Positions 51,869 to 64,000 of a DNA stretch of 64,000 nucleotides are shown here, piece by piece. Where the stretch lies: NCBI GenBank assembly GCA_951406725.2, contig OX597818.1:113336001-113400000 (forward strand). The letters are read 5' to 3'. The number at the start of each line of letters is the position of its first letter. Position 1 is the first letter of the stretch. The DNA comes from Octopus vulgaris (taxonomy: Eukaryota). A program made the position numbers and the translations under genes. The notes beneath the pieces were generated by a model. It saw only the letters and a program-made list of their open reading frames with translations, did no database searches and was not told where the DNA came from.

Positions 51869-53043
51869 ATTGTTGCTGTTGTTATTAAATTCTTTAGTAA
51901 ATATAACAAAACATTAATAGAAGAAAATATGTCCATCGTCACCACTATTAGTAGTATAACTTTTAGTAGTATCTTTATTGTTGCAGTATTTATTGTTGTT
52001 ATTATTTCTATTGATTCCAGTTGGTCAACGAAGAAGCAGTATCGATTCCAGCAGTTATAAATGTTTAACTGCTCTTGATGCTAAATATCCTTACAAGAAA
52101 TGGTATTTCAATATTTTATCACTTTTATAGAAGTAATTAAGACGCTAGTAGCTCTTGTAGGTTTTCAGATAATGGAATGACTTGATTGAGCGCCAGTTCT
52201 TCAGCCATTCTTAAGTAGGTACTTAGAAAACATTACATCTAACGTTTCCTCGTTTCAAAGATACTGTTGTTTAGAATATGGAAAATCACCAGACTTTTAA
52301 ACTCAAGAGAAAGGAAATGTAAATTTCTGAAAATATAATTATTTTTATGTAATATTCTATTATAATTTTTATATATTATTTTATTATTCATTTATTAACT
52401 GCATAATTCATTTCTTCTGTATATATTGAATTCAATATAATGTCATTTGTTTACTTTAAAAGTTTAAGCGCCACCTCAAATAAAAGTTTATAAGATACTT
52501 CATTGAAAACATTTGGTAAAATTCGCTATGATATTTACAAAGAATAAACTATTTTTGTAATTAGGAAATTAATAAGATATATTCTAAAATACTCAATGAA
52601 TTATTTAGAGAATAATCAAATATTGTTATTCAACTACAACTATCGGAGTGAAATAAAATATAGACTGCTTGAGTTGGTGAAAGAGCACAAGTTTCCGGTG
52701 TAGGCACAGCCCATTGAGACGGTCTCCGTACTAGACTGTTACTTATTGTATAACAAAGACCACAGAAGGTTGAAAGGAAAAGTTACTATCAATAGGATTT
52801 GCAATTAGAGCATAAAGAACCGTAACCAAACAGCATGTCATTTCAAGACACTCTTTAATGATTTTGACAATCTAGCATCCTGATTCAGCGTAAAAAAGAA
52901 AGCAGAAAAATGATTTTGAATAAATATTTGATATGTTAGCTCTCAAGAAACGGAAGCTTATTTTCTGAGATTGGCGGTGCATAAATGTATAAAAATACTC
53001 AAAATGAGAAAGCCGCAACTATTTCAAATCCAGTTTTGTTTTA

Positions 53044-53444
53044 TCTTTATATATAAAAGTAAGGTTGTGTGCTGTCTGTCTCCTACGATTTAGATTCCTA
53101 ACTACTCCCACATTTTGCGGTACAGTTTAACCAAAACCGGGTATCTTATAGTCGTGATTCATATCGAGCCCTTCTGGGTATTAGCGCGCATCTACAATGA
53201 GTCTACGATTTTAAAAAAAAATTTACCATCATTTTTTTCCATTTTAATGCATTTTTTCGCTATTATATAAGGGAAGTAACTCTCTAAAAATGTCTACGAT
53301 GAGTCAACGATTTAAAAAAAAATTTACCATCATTTTTTTTCCATTTTTAATGCTTTTTTTGCTATTTTTTGGCTATAACTCTCTAAAAATGCTTATATAG
53401 TTTTTTCCCTTACAAACCCGAGCAACGCTGGGCGATACTGCTAG
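53044..53444 (+). mobile_element. Non-autonomous Helitron
   Basis: A|TC 5' end (TCTTTATATATAAAAG), 3' subterminal hairpin cccgagcaacgctggg, CTAG|T end, no TSD, internal ~100-bp tandem duplication. Confidence 0.85.
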
Positions 53445-54139
53445 TTTTTTTTATAAATGAAAGGCGGCTTGGCGTGATGTAATCCTAAGGACGTTATTCC
53501 AGAAATATATGGCGATGTTGAAAAACGTTTGATTATTGGTCTGGTTTCTCAACGCTAGTCTTTCAACATGCGCTCCAAAATTTTACATATATATTCCAAA
53601 TAACAACCAAGAAATGCACGCATAAATAACATTTTAATTTTAGGAATTAATATGTAAGTATGAAATTAATGAAATATGTTAGATAGATAGAAAGATAGAT
53701 AGTGCAATGAAATAAACTGTTAGGATACAATTAGCTACAAATTGTTTCGTATATTTTGTGATACCTCCATGAAACATTCCAATTTTTGGGGCCGTCCTGG
53801 GTCTCATGAATTTTTGTTTTTATGTCAGAGAAGAGAAAGTGTTCTATATTAATATGACTAAATACACGTGTGTGTGTGTGCTTGCTTATTTTTATGCTAC
53901 TAAGCTACTAAATATGATGATGTTTAAATGCTGTAAAATAACAGCTCAATAAATTCATTTTTGATAAAATAAGTATCAAGTAGAAAAAAATGTACTAAAG
54001 ACCATGTGTTCGACCAAAATTACTGGTTATTAGGTATGTGTGAATGTAGGTGTATAAATTAAATTTAACTTAAAACATCGTCCGACGTAGGACTGTGACA
54101 TTGCGTTGGAAATTAAACTTTACTAATCTGAAATATATT

Positions 54140-54330
54140 CTTTTCTACTCTAGGCACAAGGCCCGAAATTTTGGGGGAGAGGCCAGTCGATTAGATCGAC
54201 TCCCCTACGCAACTGGTACTTAATTTATCGAGTTCAAAAAGATGAAAAGCAAACTCGACCTCAGCGGAATTTGAACACAGAACGTGGCGACCGGTAAGCC
54301 TTCCGTCCAGCGTGCTAACGATTCTGCATT
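54140..54330 (-). mobile_element. Family A SINE
   Basis: actggtacttaatttatcga…cggaatttgaac…cgtgctaacgattctgc. Confidence 0.82.
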
Positions 54331-54729
54331 AGATTCCTTTACAAATAATACAATCAAAAATAAAAGTTAAAATTTTAATGAAATTTAGTAGATTATTCTT
54401 CGATGTTTTTCCCATCCTTGTGAATTGATTAACATAAACTAAATTTTTGTCTTCTCTTTCGTTCGATAGTTTGGGTTTTATAAATTATATAATAAATCCC
54501 CAAACAGGACATGTTTATTTTAGCAGTATAGCGTATGCATTAAGTGCTTGACATTTTCTCTTTTTTTAAGTGTTACTCTCATGAAACTAATGTCCTTAAA
54601 CCAATATCCCCGTCGATGACTCTATCACGACTTTAACAGCCTCTACACAACTCAGCTTGTTCTCTCTGCGTAATTATATGTCACTCTCATTGCTTCATTC
54701 CTAATTCTAAGAGCATTTCCCTACGCTAA

Positions 54730-54780
<51 letters not shown>

Positions 54781-55044
54781 TCCCTTCGGCTGACCATTTA
54801 ACCGCACTTTTATACCTTCGTTCCCTTTCTCCTACTTCCCACTACTGTCTTCCCTTCGGATAAAAATTCTTCTCCTTTCTCTCCCTCTCTTTCTCCCCTC
54901 TCTTCCTACCCCTCTCTCTCTCTCTTACTCCTCTCCCTTTTTTCTCCTGCTCTCCCTCCTCCTCTCTTTGCCCCTCCTTTTGTAACTAATTCACAGTGCA
55001 ACACACGTAAATACTCTAGCATATTAATATTATAACAGCATCCA

Positions 55045-55615
55045 AAATTCGCCGAGGTCGACTTTGCCTTTCATCCTTTCGGGATCCATTAAATAAGTAG
55101 CAGTTACGCACTGGGATCGATGTTATCGACTTAATCCTTCTGTTCGTCTTTGTACATTCCCTCTATGTTTAGCCCCCTGTAGGTAATAAAGAAAGAAATA
55201 TTATAACAGCATAAGCACGCCGGGCGAAATGCTTAGCAGCATTTTGTCTGTCTTTACGTTCTGAGTTCAAATTCTGCTGAGGTCTACTTTGCCTTTCATT
55301 CTTTCGGAGTTAATAAAAATAAGTACCAGTTACTCAATGGGATCGATGTACTCGACTAGCACCCCTTCCTGGAATTTTTAGTATTGTGCCAAAATTTGAA
55401 ACCAATATTATAGTTGCTCTTAAAGGTGCCGATCTCGCAGAAACGTTTGCAAGACGTAGATAATATTTTGCGACATTTCTTCTGGCTGTTAACTTTCTGA
55501 ATTCCGCCGTGGTCGATAAAATAAGTATCATTTTGAGCGCTGGAGTCGATGTAATTGAGTAAGCCTCTACCCCGCAATTGCTGCCCCTCAGGCTAAGATT
55601 TGAAAGCAATATTAT
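55045..55615 (+). mobile_element. Three adjacent family A SINE pieces
   Basis: Cores at ~55055, ~55280 and ~55510. Confidence 0.82.
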
Positions 55616-56136
55616 ATTAGTTACATATTGTCTTAAAATTGATTATTGCATTTTGTGGGAGATTGACTGATATCTTTTTGAAGGACAAGAGAGCATATAG
55701 ATCTCTCCCGCACCTTATCAATACATGTTGTCTTTTCTGATTTAATAATTGGAAACCTTGAAATCACTTCGAGAGGCATGTAAAGCCCACGTCTCACATT
55801 TCATGGTAAGGTTGTACAGCATCAATACCAGACTGATACATCCTTATTCTTATATGTCAGGGAGATTGAAGAATCGGTAGAACAAAGGATATGACAGATG
55901 AATGCTAACGTCAGTACAACGTTGGGAATACATGCCAGCACTCTGAATTTGGCTTCCTTCAAATGTATTAAACAGAAATTAAATTCATGATTTAATTTCT
56001 CATGATGAAACTACTATTTTTATTAATGAAATTTCTAAATTTAATAATTGTTGGTGTGGTTAGGCATTTCATTGCCTAACAGAAAGCATTGTTGTTGCAT
56101 AGCAACAGCTCAATAACTCAACCCAGAAAAAGAAGA

Positions 56137-56348
56137 CAGCAAATCCTCGCCATATCGCGGTTTATTATTTAAGCTTACAGCGATACCTCCGTGGTGGTGT
56201 TTTGCAGTTATAAGAAAATAAATATATACAAATTATAGAAATAATTAAAAATGAAAAAATATAATACAATACTGCTTCTACTTCGCGGATTTTCACCAAT
56301 CGCGGGGGGTTTTGGAACGTAACACCCGCGATAGTCGAGGCATTATTG
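56137..56348. mobile_element. Tigger/pogo-type MITE
   Basis: Imperfect TIRs cagcaaatcctcgccatatcgcgg / ccgcgatagtcgaggcattattg followed by TA. Confidence 0.6.
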
Positions 56349-56500
56349 TAATTTATGTACTCGTGTAAGTCCTCTTGTGTGTGCGCGTGCGTTTGTGTGT
56401 GTATGTGACTGCGTGTCTCTTTCTGTGTGCTTGTGTGTGAGCTTGTGGATGTGTGCGTGGATGAGAGTGTGAGGTGTGTTGTGTGTGTATGTGTGTATGT

Positions 56501-56537
<37 letters not shown>

Positions 56538-56921
56538 GCCTTATCGTGTCTTCAAAACTAGACATCTTTTCAATAAGAGCAGCAACTTTTCCATGATTCT
56601 ATTTCGAAAATGGAAGTATTAGTCTTCGGTTTTCTACCCAGATTGTTTAGCGATGGAATCAAAACTTTTTGGAAGAAACTTTACCGACTCAAAAGACGAT
56701 AAATAAATAAAAAATAAAAAATAATGGTCTAACGATTTTGTAAACAACTTATCTTGAAAAGATATGCAATTTTATCAGAATATTTTATCTATATCTTTAT
56801 CTCAGTTATTCTTTTTAGAAGAATCTTTAGGCAGCCAAACAGATGGGCAGATAAGTGGAGGGGACCTATTTACAGGTGTACATATATCATATATGTGCAT
56901 ACATTTCGACATACACACACG

Positions 56922-57001
<80 letters not shown>

Positions 57002-57188
57002 CGTATATATATACATATGCATAAACATTCATATATATATATATTTATATATATATACATATACATACAAACATATATTTAAACATATATATGTGTATGT
57101 ATATATATGTATACATATATATATACACATGTATATATATATATATATATACATATATAAATATATATACATGTATATATATATATAA

Positions 57189-57232
<44 letters not shown>

Positions 57233-58107
57233 AAGAACACGCACACACATTTATCGAGAAAGAGTGAGTGATGGCGTCAGAAATTCAATTCATCTTTGTT
57301 ATACGTATGTTTTCGCGTATCATAGAAAACAATGCCTGCTTAGTTTGTTCTGTTTTTATTTGTGTCCTTTATTGCGTTTCTGAATTATATTAACCGTTTA
57401 CTGTCAGATATGATATATCAAACACAGCTCTTACGTTCAATATCCAAATCCGCGATCATCTTTTCCCTTCATGGTTCTTAATCCATCGTTTATGATAAAA
57501 CTGTTATGCAAAACTAAGAAAAAGATTAAGATTATATTTATTTATTCTATATGTTTGCGTCTGCGTGCAAATCAGGTTCTTTGCTGTCAATATACAATAT
57601 TTTACAGTCTATATAAAACTTTGTGTGGTTATCTGATTTCGTTCCTTTGGATAAAGTTTTAGCTGATCATAAAATGACAATGACCAGAGTCATGAAAATG
57701 TTATTTTGCGTACGACGATCCAAGCGAAAGTTAAGAACGCTTCAAATGATGTAAGGAATTGTATAAATACTTTGGTCTGTTATAAATCTTTTACATTTAT
57801 GATAACCGTGCGGCGCCATAGGTGTCTTATTGTTAAGTTGTTGTTTTTTCTTTATTTATTTCATTTGTATTGTTTCATTCAGACCTACTATGTATATTGT
57901 AAATTGTTAAACCATATGTGTACTTTTGTGTGTGTGCATGACTGCCTGTCTGTGTGAGTGTCTGGGTCTGTCTGTCTGTGTAGTGAACAAATAGAGGGAG
58001 AGCGTAAAACGTCAGCTCCACAAGAACGATGTGGATTAGGACAATATCAGTTTAGATCGTCTCGAGTCCCCTGAAAACTTTTGAGTGAATTTGTACAAGA
58101 CTTTTCT

Positions 58108-58345
58108 TATTTCTTTATTGCCCACAAGGAGCTAAACATAGAAGGGACAAACAAGAATAGACGAGAAGATTAAGTCGATTACATCGACCCCAGTGCGTAA
58201 CTGGTACTTAATTTATTGACCCCGAAAGGATGAAAGGCAAAGTCGACCTCGGCGGAATTTGAACTCAAAACGTAGCAGCAGACGAAATACCGCGCAGCAT
58301 TTCACCCGGCGTGCTAACGTTTCTGCCAAGCTCGCCGCCCGCCTC
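58108..58345 (-). mobile_element. Full-length family A SINE with 17-bp TSD
   Basis: ttgtacaagacttttct at 58091-58107 and 58346-58362. Confidence 0.95.
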
Positions 58346-59720
58346 TTGTACAAGACTTTTCTATGAAATTGCATAAAAGGCTGCCGGAGAGAGTATACTT
58401 GTAAGGCAAATGTCAGCAATAACAATATATATACATATATAACTACAATATGTGTGTGTGTATATATATATATACACATAGAATCAATAGATACAATATG
58501 TACATGTATACAATATATATATAATAGTGTATGAAGCATAGACGGAGAGAAAAGCACCATGTGGATTTCTTACATGCCAAAAATGGCAGTGAAAGGAAAA
58601 AAAAAGAAAAACACTAGTTATCCTTATACCCATGAGTTGCACAAGAATGCTTTTTAGTGGTTTGGGGTTTTGACTACCATTTTTAGCATATAAGAAATCC
58701 ACATGATGGCTTTGTCTCCGTGCATATTTCATACACTATTATGTTTCAAAATATTTGACTTCTGACTTTTACTGCGCATGCTAACCACCGGTATATATGA
58801 TTTAATAATTTTTCCCCTTGTATTTATAAAGTTATATATATATAAGTGTGTGTGTCTGAGTGAGTGTGTGTGTGTGTGAGAGAGTGTGTGTGTAGATATA
58901 TATATTTATATATAAATGTGTGTGTGTGTGTATGTGTTTTCATATACATATATATGTGTGTAAATATATGTATATATATATATATATATACATACATTCT
59001 TTTTTATTCATGCGGGTAACAAGGCTACCAATGGTTTTAAGTACAATATATATTTACAATTAATCAAGCGTAACATATGGGAATATTGCTACTCGTGGAA
59101 GCCATATGTAGCCTTGTTAACCCACACACAAAAAATATTTTTCCACCAATGCAGTGTTGAGCACTCATTCTCACTGTTCAATATTAGAGCATATATATAT
59201 ATATATATATATAATTTCAACAATTGAGGGTAAAATTAATTAATTAATCAATTTCACCAAGTATTCAGTATACAAAGGGACCATTTAAGGCGAATTCAAA
59301 TTATTACATTATATAAAAGGGCTTAGTAAAATAAATTACTTTGCCGCATACTGAACTCATTAGAAATAGCAGCTAAAAAAACTTTTTTAAAACTATCTCC
59401 AATACTTAAAGAAAATCTCTCTCGTATAGTGCTTGCTCAATTCAACTCAATATATATATATATTTAAATTTTAGATTTCGACTCGAGGGCATGAATATCC
59501 AGCCTTTCTATTCGGTCACCAACGTGGATGGTAAAATGTCGAAAGCTAAATCAATGTTCTGTACTAGATTATTATAGACTTGTCTATTTCGAGGTTCACA
59601 ACTTCAAATAATCTACTTTATACGTTTTGAAGTTTCTAAACTTTTATTACACATACATACTTGCCATACATATAAATATATCATTTGAAATACATGCATA
59701 AATACATACTTATGTATACA

Positions 59721-59788
<68 letters not shown>

Positions 59789-60127
59789 ATGCAATAAAAT
59801 TTGAAGACATGGAAAAATTGGTAATAGACATCGTGAAGTCACTAATACATGATTTTCTCTAAAAGAAACAGATAAATAAGTACCTAAAAATCACGATGAA
59901 CAGTTCGTACAGGAATAGTTAATAACTAAAATACAGTAAAATATATAAGACATGTTGAAATAAAAGAAATATTTCCACACGATATTTTAAATTCGAGGTT
60001 ATGATACAAAACCATAACCGTGTCCATATGTTAATATGTGTGTATAAACACATACACACGAACACAACACACACAGGCACACAACACATACACAAACACA
60101 CACACTAGCACACTGGTATATATATGT

Positions 60128-60193
<66 letters not shown>

Positions 60194-60266
60194 TTATATA
60201 TATGTGTATGTATATGTTTATTCTCACACATATTAACATGTTTACATGTATGTATGTATATGTATA

Positions 60267-60297
<31 letters not shown>

Positions 60298-60799
60298 GTA
60301 TATATGTATGTATGTATGTATGTATGAATATACATATGTACATATATAAGTATATACATACAAACATATATATGTATATATATGTGTGAGTGTATGTGTA
60401 CCTACATAAGTGTATACACATGTATGCATATGTATATAAGAATATAAGTATATATATATTTTAAGTATGTATATATATGTAAACATGCATATGTACGTAT
60501 ATGTAAATATATATGCATATACATCTGCATATAGACTTAAATATATAGTGTGTAATTATAAATGAGATATACGCACACGTACACACACATACACACACAT
60601 ACATATATGTACATGTATGTCTCTGAGTGTATGCGTGAGTGTCCGTATGTGTGCGTTAGACTTGTGACGTCACTGAGATGTTGACTCGTTGTTTTTACAC
60701 CCTAGATAAATATCATGTAAAATTTATATGAAGTCGTGAGTAGACATAAACATCATTCCCCTCTTCCTAACCCTGACTCAGCGGCTAGATAGATTAGAT

Positions 60800-61005
<206 letters not shown>

Positions 61006-61245
61006 GACAGATAGACTAGAAAAAGAAGAAATATGAATAATACCAATATTAGAGGAAATATCGGTTCCGATTTCTTATACTATTTACTCGAAATCTTGGC
61101 GTTACTAAGCCTCTACAAGTTGCCAAACGTCATAGCTTTCCCATTAGAACGGTCTGAGTATAATTTACAAGAGAAAACATGTAACCATCAAACTGATTCC
61201 TCGTTAGGTAGAATAAGAAATGATATGATACGCAATACACATAGA

Positions 61246-61323
<78 letters not shown>

Positions 61324-61499
61324 TATACATATATATATATGCATATATATATATATATATATACATATATACATATATATAATTGTATGTGTATATATAT
61401 ATTTATATATATATATATATATATATACATATATATAATTGTATGTGTATATATATATTATATATATATATATATATACACGCACACACATTCACACAC

Positions 61500-61575
<76 letters not shown>

Positions 61576-63067
61576 GAATTTTTGTAATGGAATTTATCTG
61601 TGAAAGATCATTGTAATGCGTGTTATTAAAGACACGAAATGTCAATGACTTACCGGTGTGTATATTTTATACTGTGTATGCGAACATGGACCAGTATCAG
61701 GTGTAAGATTTTTTTTTATATAATAATCAATAACTTGATTTGTGCATACATTGCAACTTCCCTGTATGTAAGTATATGTTTGTGTGTATGTTTCTGCGTG
61801 TGTGTGTGTGTCTGTGTGAGTGTGTGTGTGTGTTCTAATGTTTATGAATATTTATGCATAGATTTGCAGGTGTATAGTTACTGAAATAGGAAATACTTTA
61901 CGTGGAACCGGAGAGCGTAGGAATCCATTAAATACGTCGTAGGATAAACCTGGGGATGAAGGTCAACAACAAGAAATACAACGTGAAAAAATGTCTGACT
62001 ATTAGCGAAAAATCTACTGGTTATATATGTAAAGCGAATCGTATACTCGTCAGTGTATTTTCCAAGCTATCAATATCAGCTTGTGTCTAAAACCTGAGAA
62101 ATATCAAAATCTCTTCGGTCTAGCCAAATTTTTTAATACGATATCCGTCACAATAATAACTACGTCATGTTTAAATATTTCAGAAAATATATAATGTTTT
62201 GCTGTCTGGAAACGCTGAGACAGCTATTAACTTTTGAAACACAATACCACTTTTCAACTCTTAGAAATCGTAAAAATCTTTTTGCCTTTAACCAAAGAAG
62301 AATTATTGTTCGTAAAAACAAGTCGAATAATGTTCCTTCTTCAGAACTTCCTTCATTATTCTATAAAATATTTTATTCGTATGACAAAACAAGATTTTAT
62401 TTTCCTATATCTTGGTAGAAAAAAATCAAAGACAGATATGATTTACTCCTGTTGTTTCGATGTTATATGGTGCGTTGAAGTATATTAGATTTGCTATTAT
62501 TTTACTTCGACGTAAGTTTGTTACTATTCCACAGACTAGTAATCATGTGAGTTTCCAATAGTTTACCACGATGATAAACTTATGATTTCGAACAGAGCGG
62601 ACGAACGTGCACACAACACTGCAGAAAACATTCATGACAGCTTTCGACACACTCCGTCCCGTGAGTGATGAGTTTATCTCTTAGTCATCCTAATGTAGCG
62701 GAGGCAATCCCATTTGGGAAGTCACTGTGTAAGGCAAGAGGAATGGCAATAAAGAAGGTGTTAGACTATTTGATCTTTTGATAGAAAATGAAAACAAAAA
62801 AGAAAATAGTCTTGTCTGGCTGAAATATCAAAATGTTGGTGATGAGAGCATAAAGTATTGGTATGAAAGTGGGTGTGGGGAAAATAAAATAAGGTCTTAA
62901 GAAGTAAATTTTTTAATTCTTTTACTCGTTCCAATACTTTGGACTACGGCCATGCTAGAGCAGGAAGGAAGATGGCTGATCCCTTAAAACGTGTTGCAGA
63001 GACCCACATTGTGTGGACATGCCCTGATTCCACGTGAATTAATCTGTTAGCCAAAGGATTAAATAGA

Positions 63068-63280
63068 TTTACATTATTTACATCGACGGATATGTGTCCT
63101 TATGTTGTTTGTTGTTCGAAATTTCCCCAAGTTCGAAATTTCCCCAAGACACCTGATGAAGGCTGGAGAGTGTATCAGCCGAAACGTTGTGTTAACAACA
63201 AACAAGATGAGGACAAATATCCGTCAAATGTAAATAATGTAAATAATATGCATAATTCCTCATCTCTTAAATATAGAACT
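63068..63280 (+). mobile_element. Small PLE-like fold-back element carrying a hammerhead ribozyme
   Basis: Inverted arms 63068-63116 / 63194-63243 enclose the ribozyme; a second copy lies at 42188-42326. Confidence 0.75.
63148..63193 (+). ncRNA. Minimal type I hammerhead ribozyme (PLE-type, dimer-dependent)
   Basis: GACAC CUGAUGA A GGCUG-gagaguguau-CAGCC GAAAC GUU GUGUU: core motifs intact, 5-bp helix II, helix I GACAC/GUGUU, palindromic AACGUU. Confidence 0.72.
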
Positions 63281-64000
63281 GGATTGAATAGATCTTTTGC
63301 TTCGAGGTTCATTTTGGGAGAGCACAAGGGTAGCAAAACTAAGGGAGAAATGTATAATTGCGTCATAGGGTAACGAAAACCGCCATTGTGTTTTTATCAG
63401 GGGACTTTGTTTCTTCAGAATTTACAAGAGGGCATTTTTGCCCAATATCGCCGACTACTGCAAGTATGTCGTGTGAAGAGATACAGAAAAAAAAATGAAA
63501 CGTAAAATGATTGCATGTCAGTCCTGAAGAAAACAACATTTACGAATCGGTCAAAGTACAGCAAAGTAGTGAAGTATTCTTCGTCATTCCAATTTCAAAG
63601 AAAATACCCTGCTGTCACACATTCAAATTTCAGAAACAAATCATCCACCGGATAAAATGATGAAAGTCACCTGACATCATTCAGCATGTGATCGATTTAT
63701 GAGATCGGACGGCGTTCAGTATTGACAGCAGTTGTCCATTATTCCTTTTAACCTATCGCCCTGTGCACAGTTGGAAAACGATGATCTAACACGTAAACTT
63801 TATGTCTGGTGTTCTAAAATAGGTTGGCATACACACACAGAATCTCTTCTAAAAACTGGTAATGGAAGCGTCTTTTGGGAATTTTGTCATTGTTTTCCAA
63901 AAATAAAATCAATCGATACATATGTGTGTGTGTGTATGTGTGTGTGCATGTTTAAGCATACACACGAATATATAGATACGGGGGAATGAGGTGATATTAT

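Noticed and set aside
62664-62823. C/D box snoRNA (GTGATGA)
   Set aside because: No suitably placed D box or terminal stem.

Overview
AT-rich, microsatellite-saturated eukaryotic genomic DNA. It is almost certainly from an octopus or other coleoid cephalopod; this is inferred from the SINE sequences and repeat landscape, not checked against a database. Nearly all ORFs in the supplied track are artefacts of (TA)n/(TG)n/(ATT)n/(GATA)n tracts or antisense reads of repeats. Supportable content: (1) the 3' part of a spliced minus-strand protein-coding gene of unknown function, with phase-compatible exons at 15926-15970, 15602-15801 and 13917-14362 and a probable further exon at 20913-21011; (2) about 30 copies of two abundant tRNA-derived SINE families, plus single copies of two others; (3) decayed LINEs (two R4/Dong-type, CR1-group, RTE, and a 1.6-kb L1/Tx1-type ORF2), Penelope-like (PLE) fragments, a non-autonomous Helitron, and Tigger, mariner and hAT remnants; (4) a 31-bp minisatellite. 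The most interesting pattern is a recurring class of short fold-back (long inverted repeat) stubs from several unrelated families. Most sit at (TA)n tracts and several carry hammerhead-ribozyme-like motifs. One, at 63148-63193, is a minimal hammerhead with intact core motifs and a palindromic AACGUU stem III that could only form as a dimer. Two clear microhomology-mediated templated insertions are also visible. No CRISPR array, rRNA or genuine tRNA gene was found.
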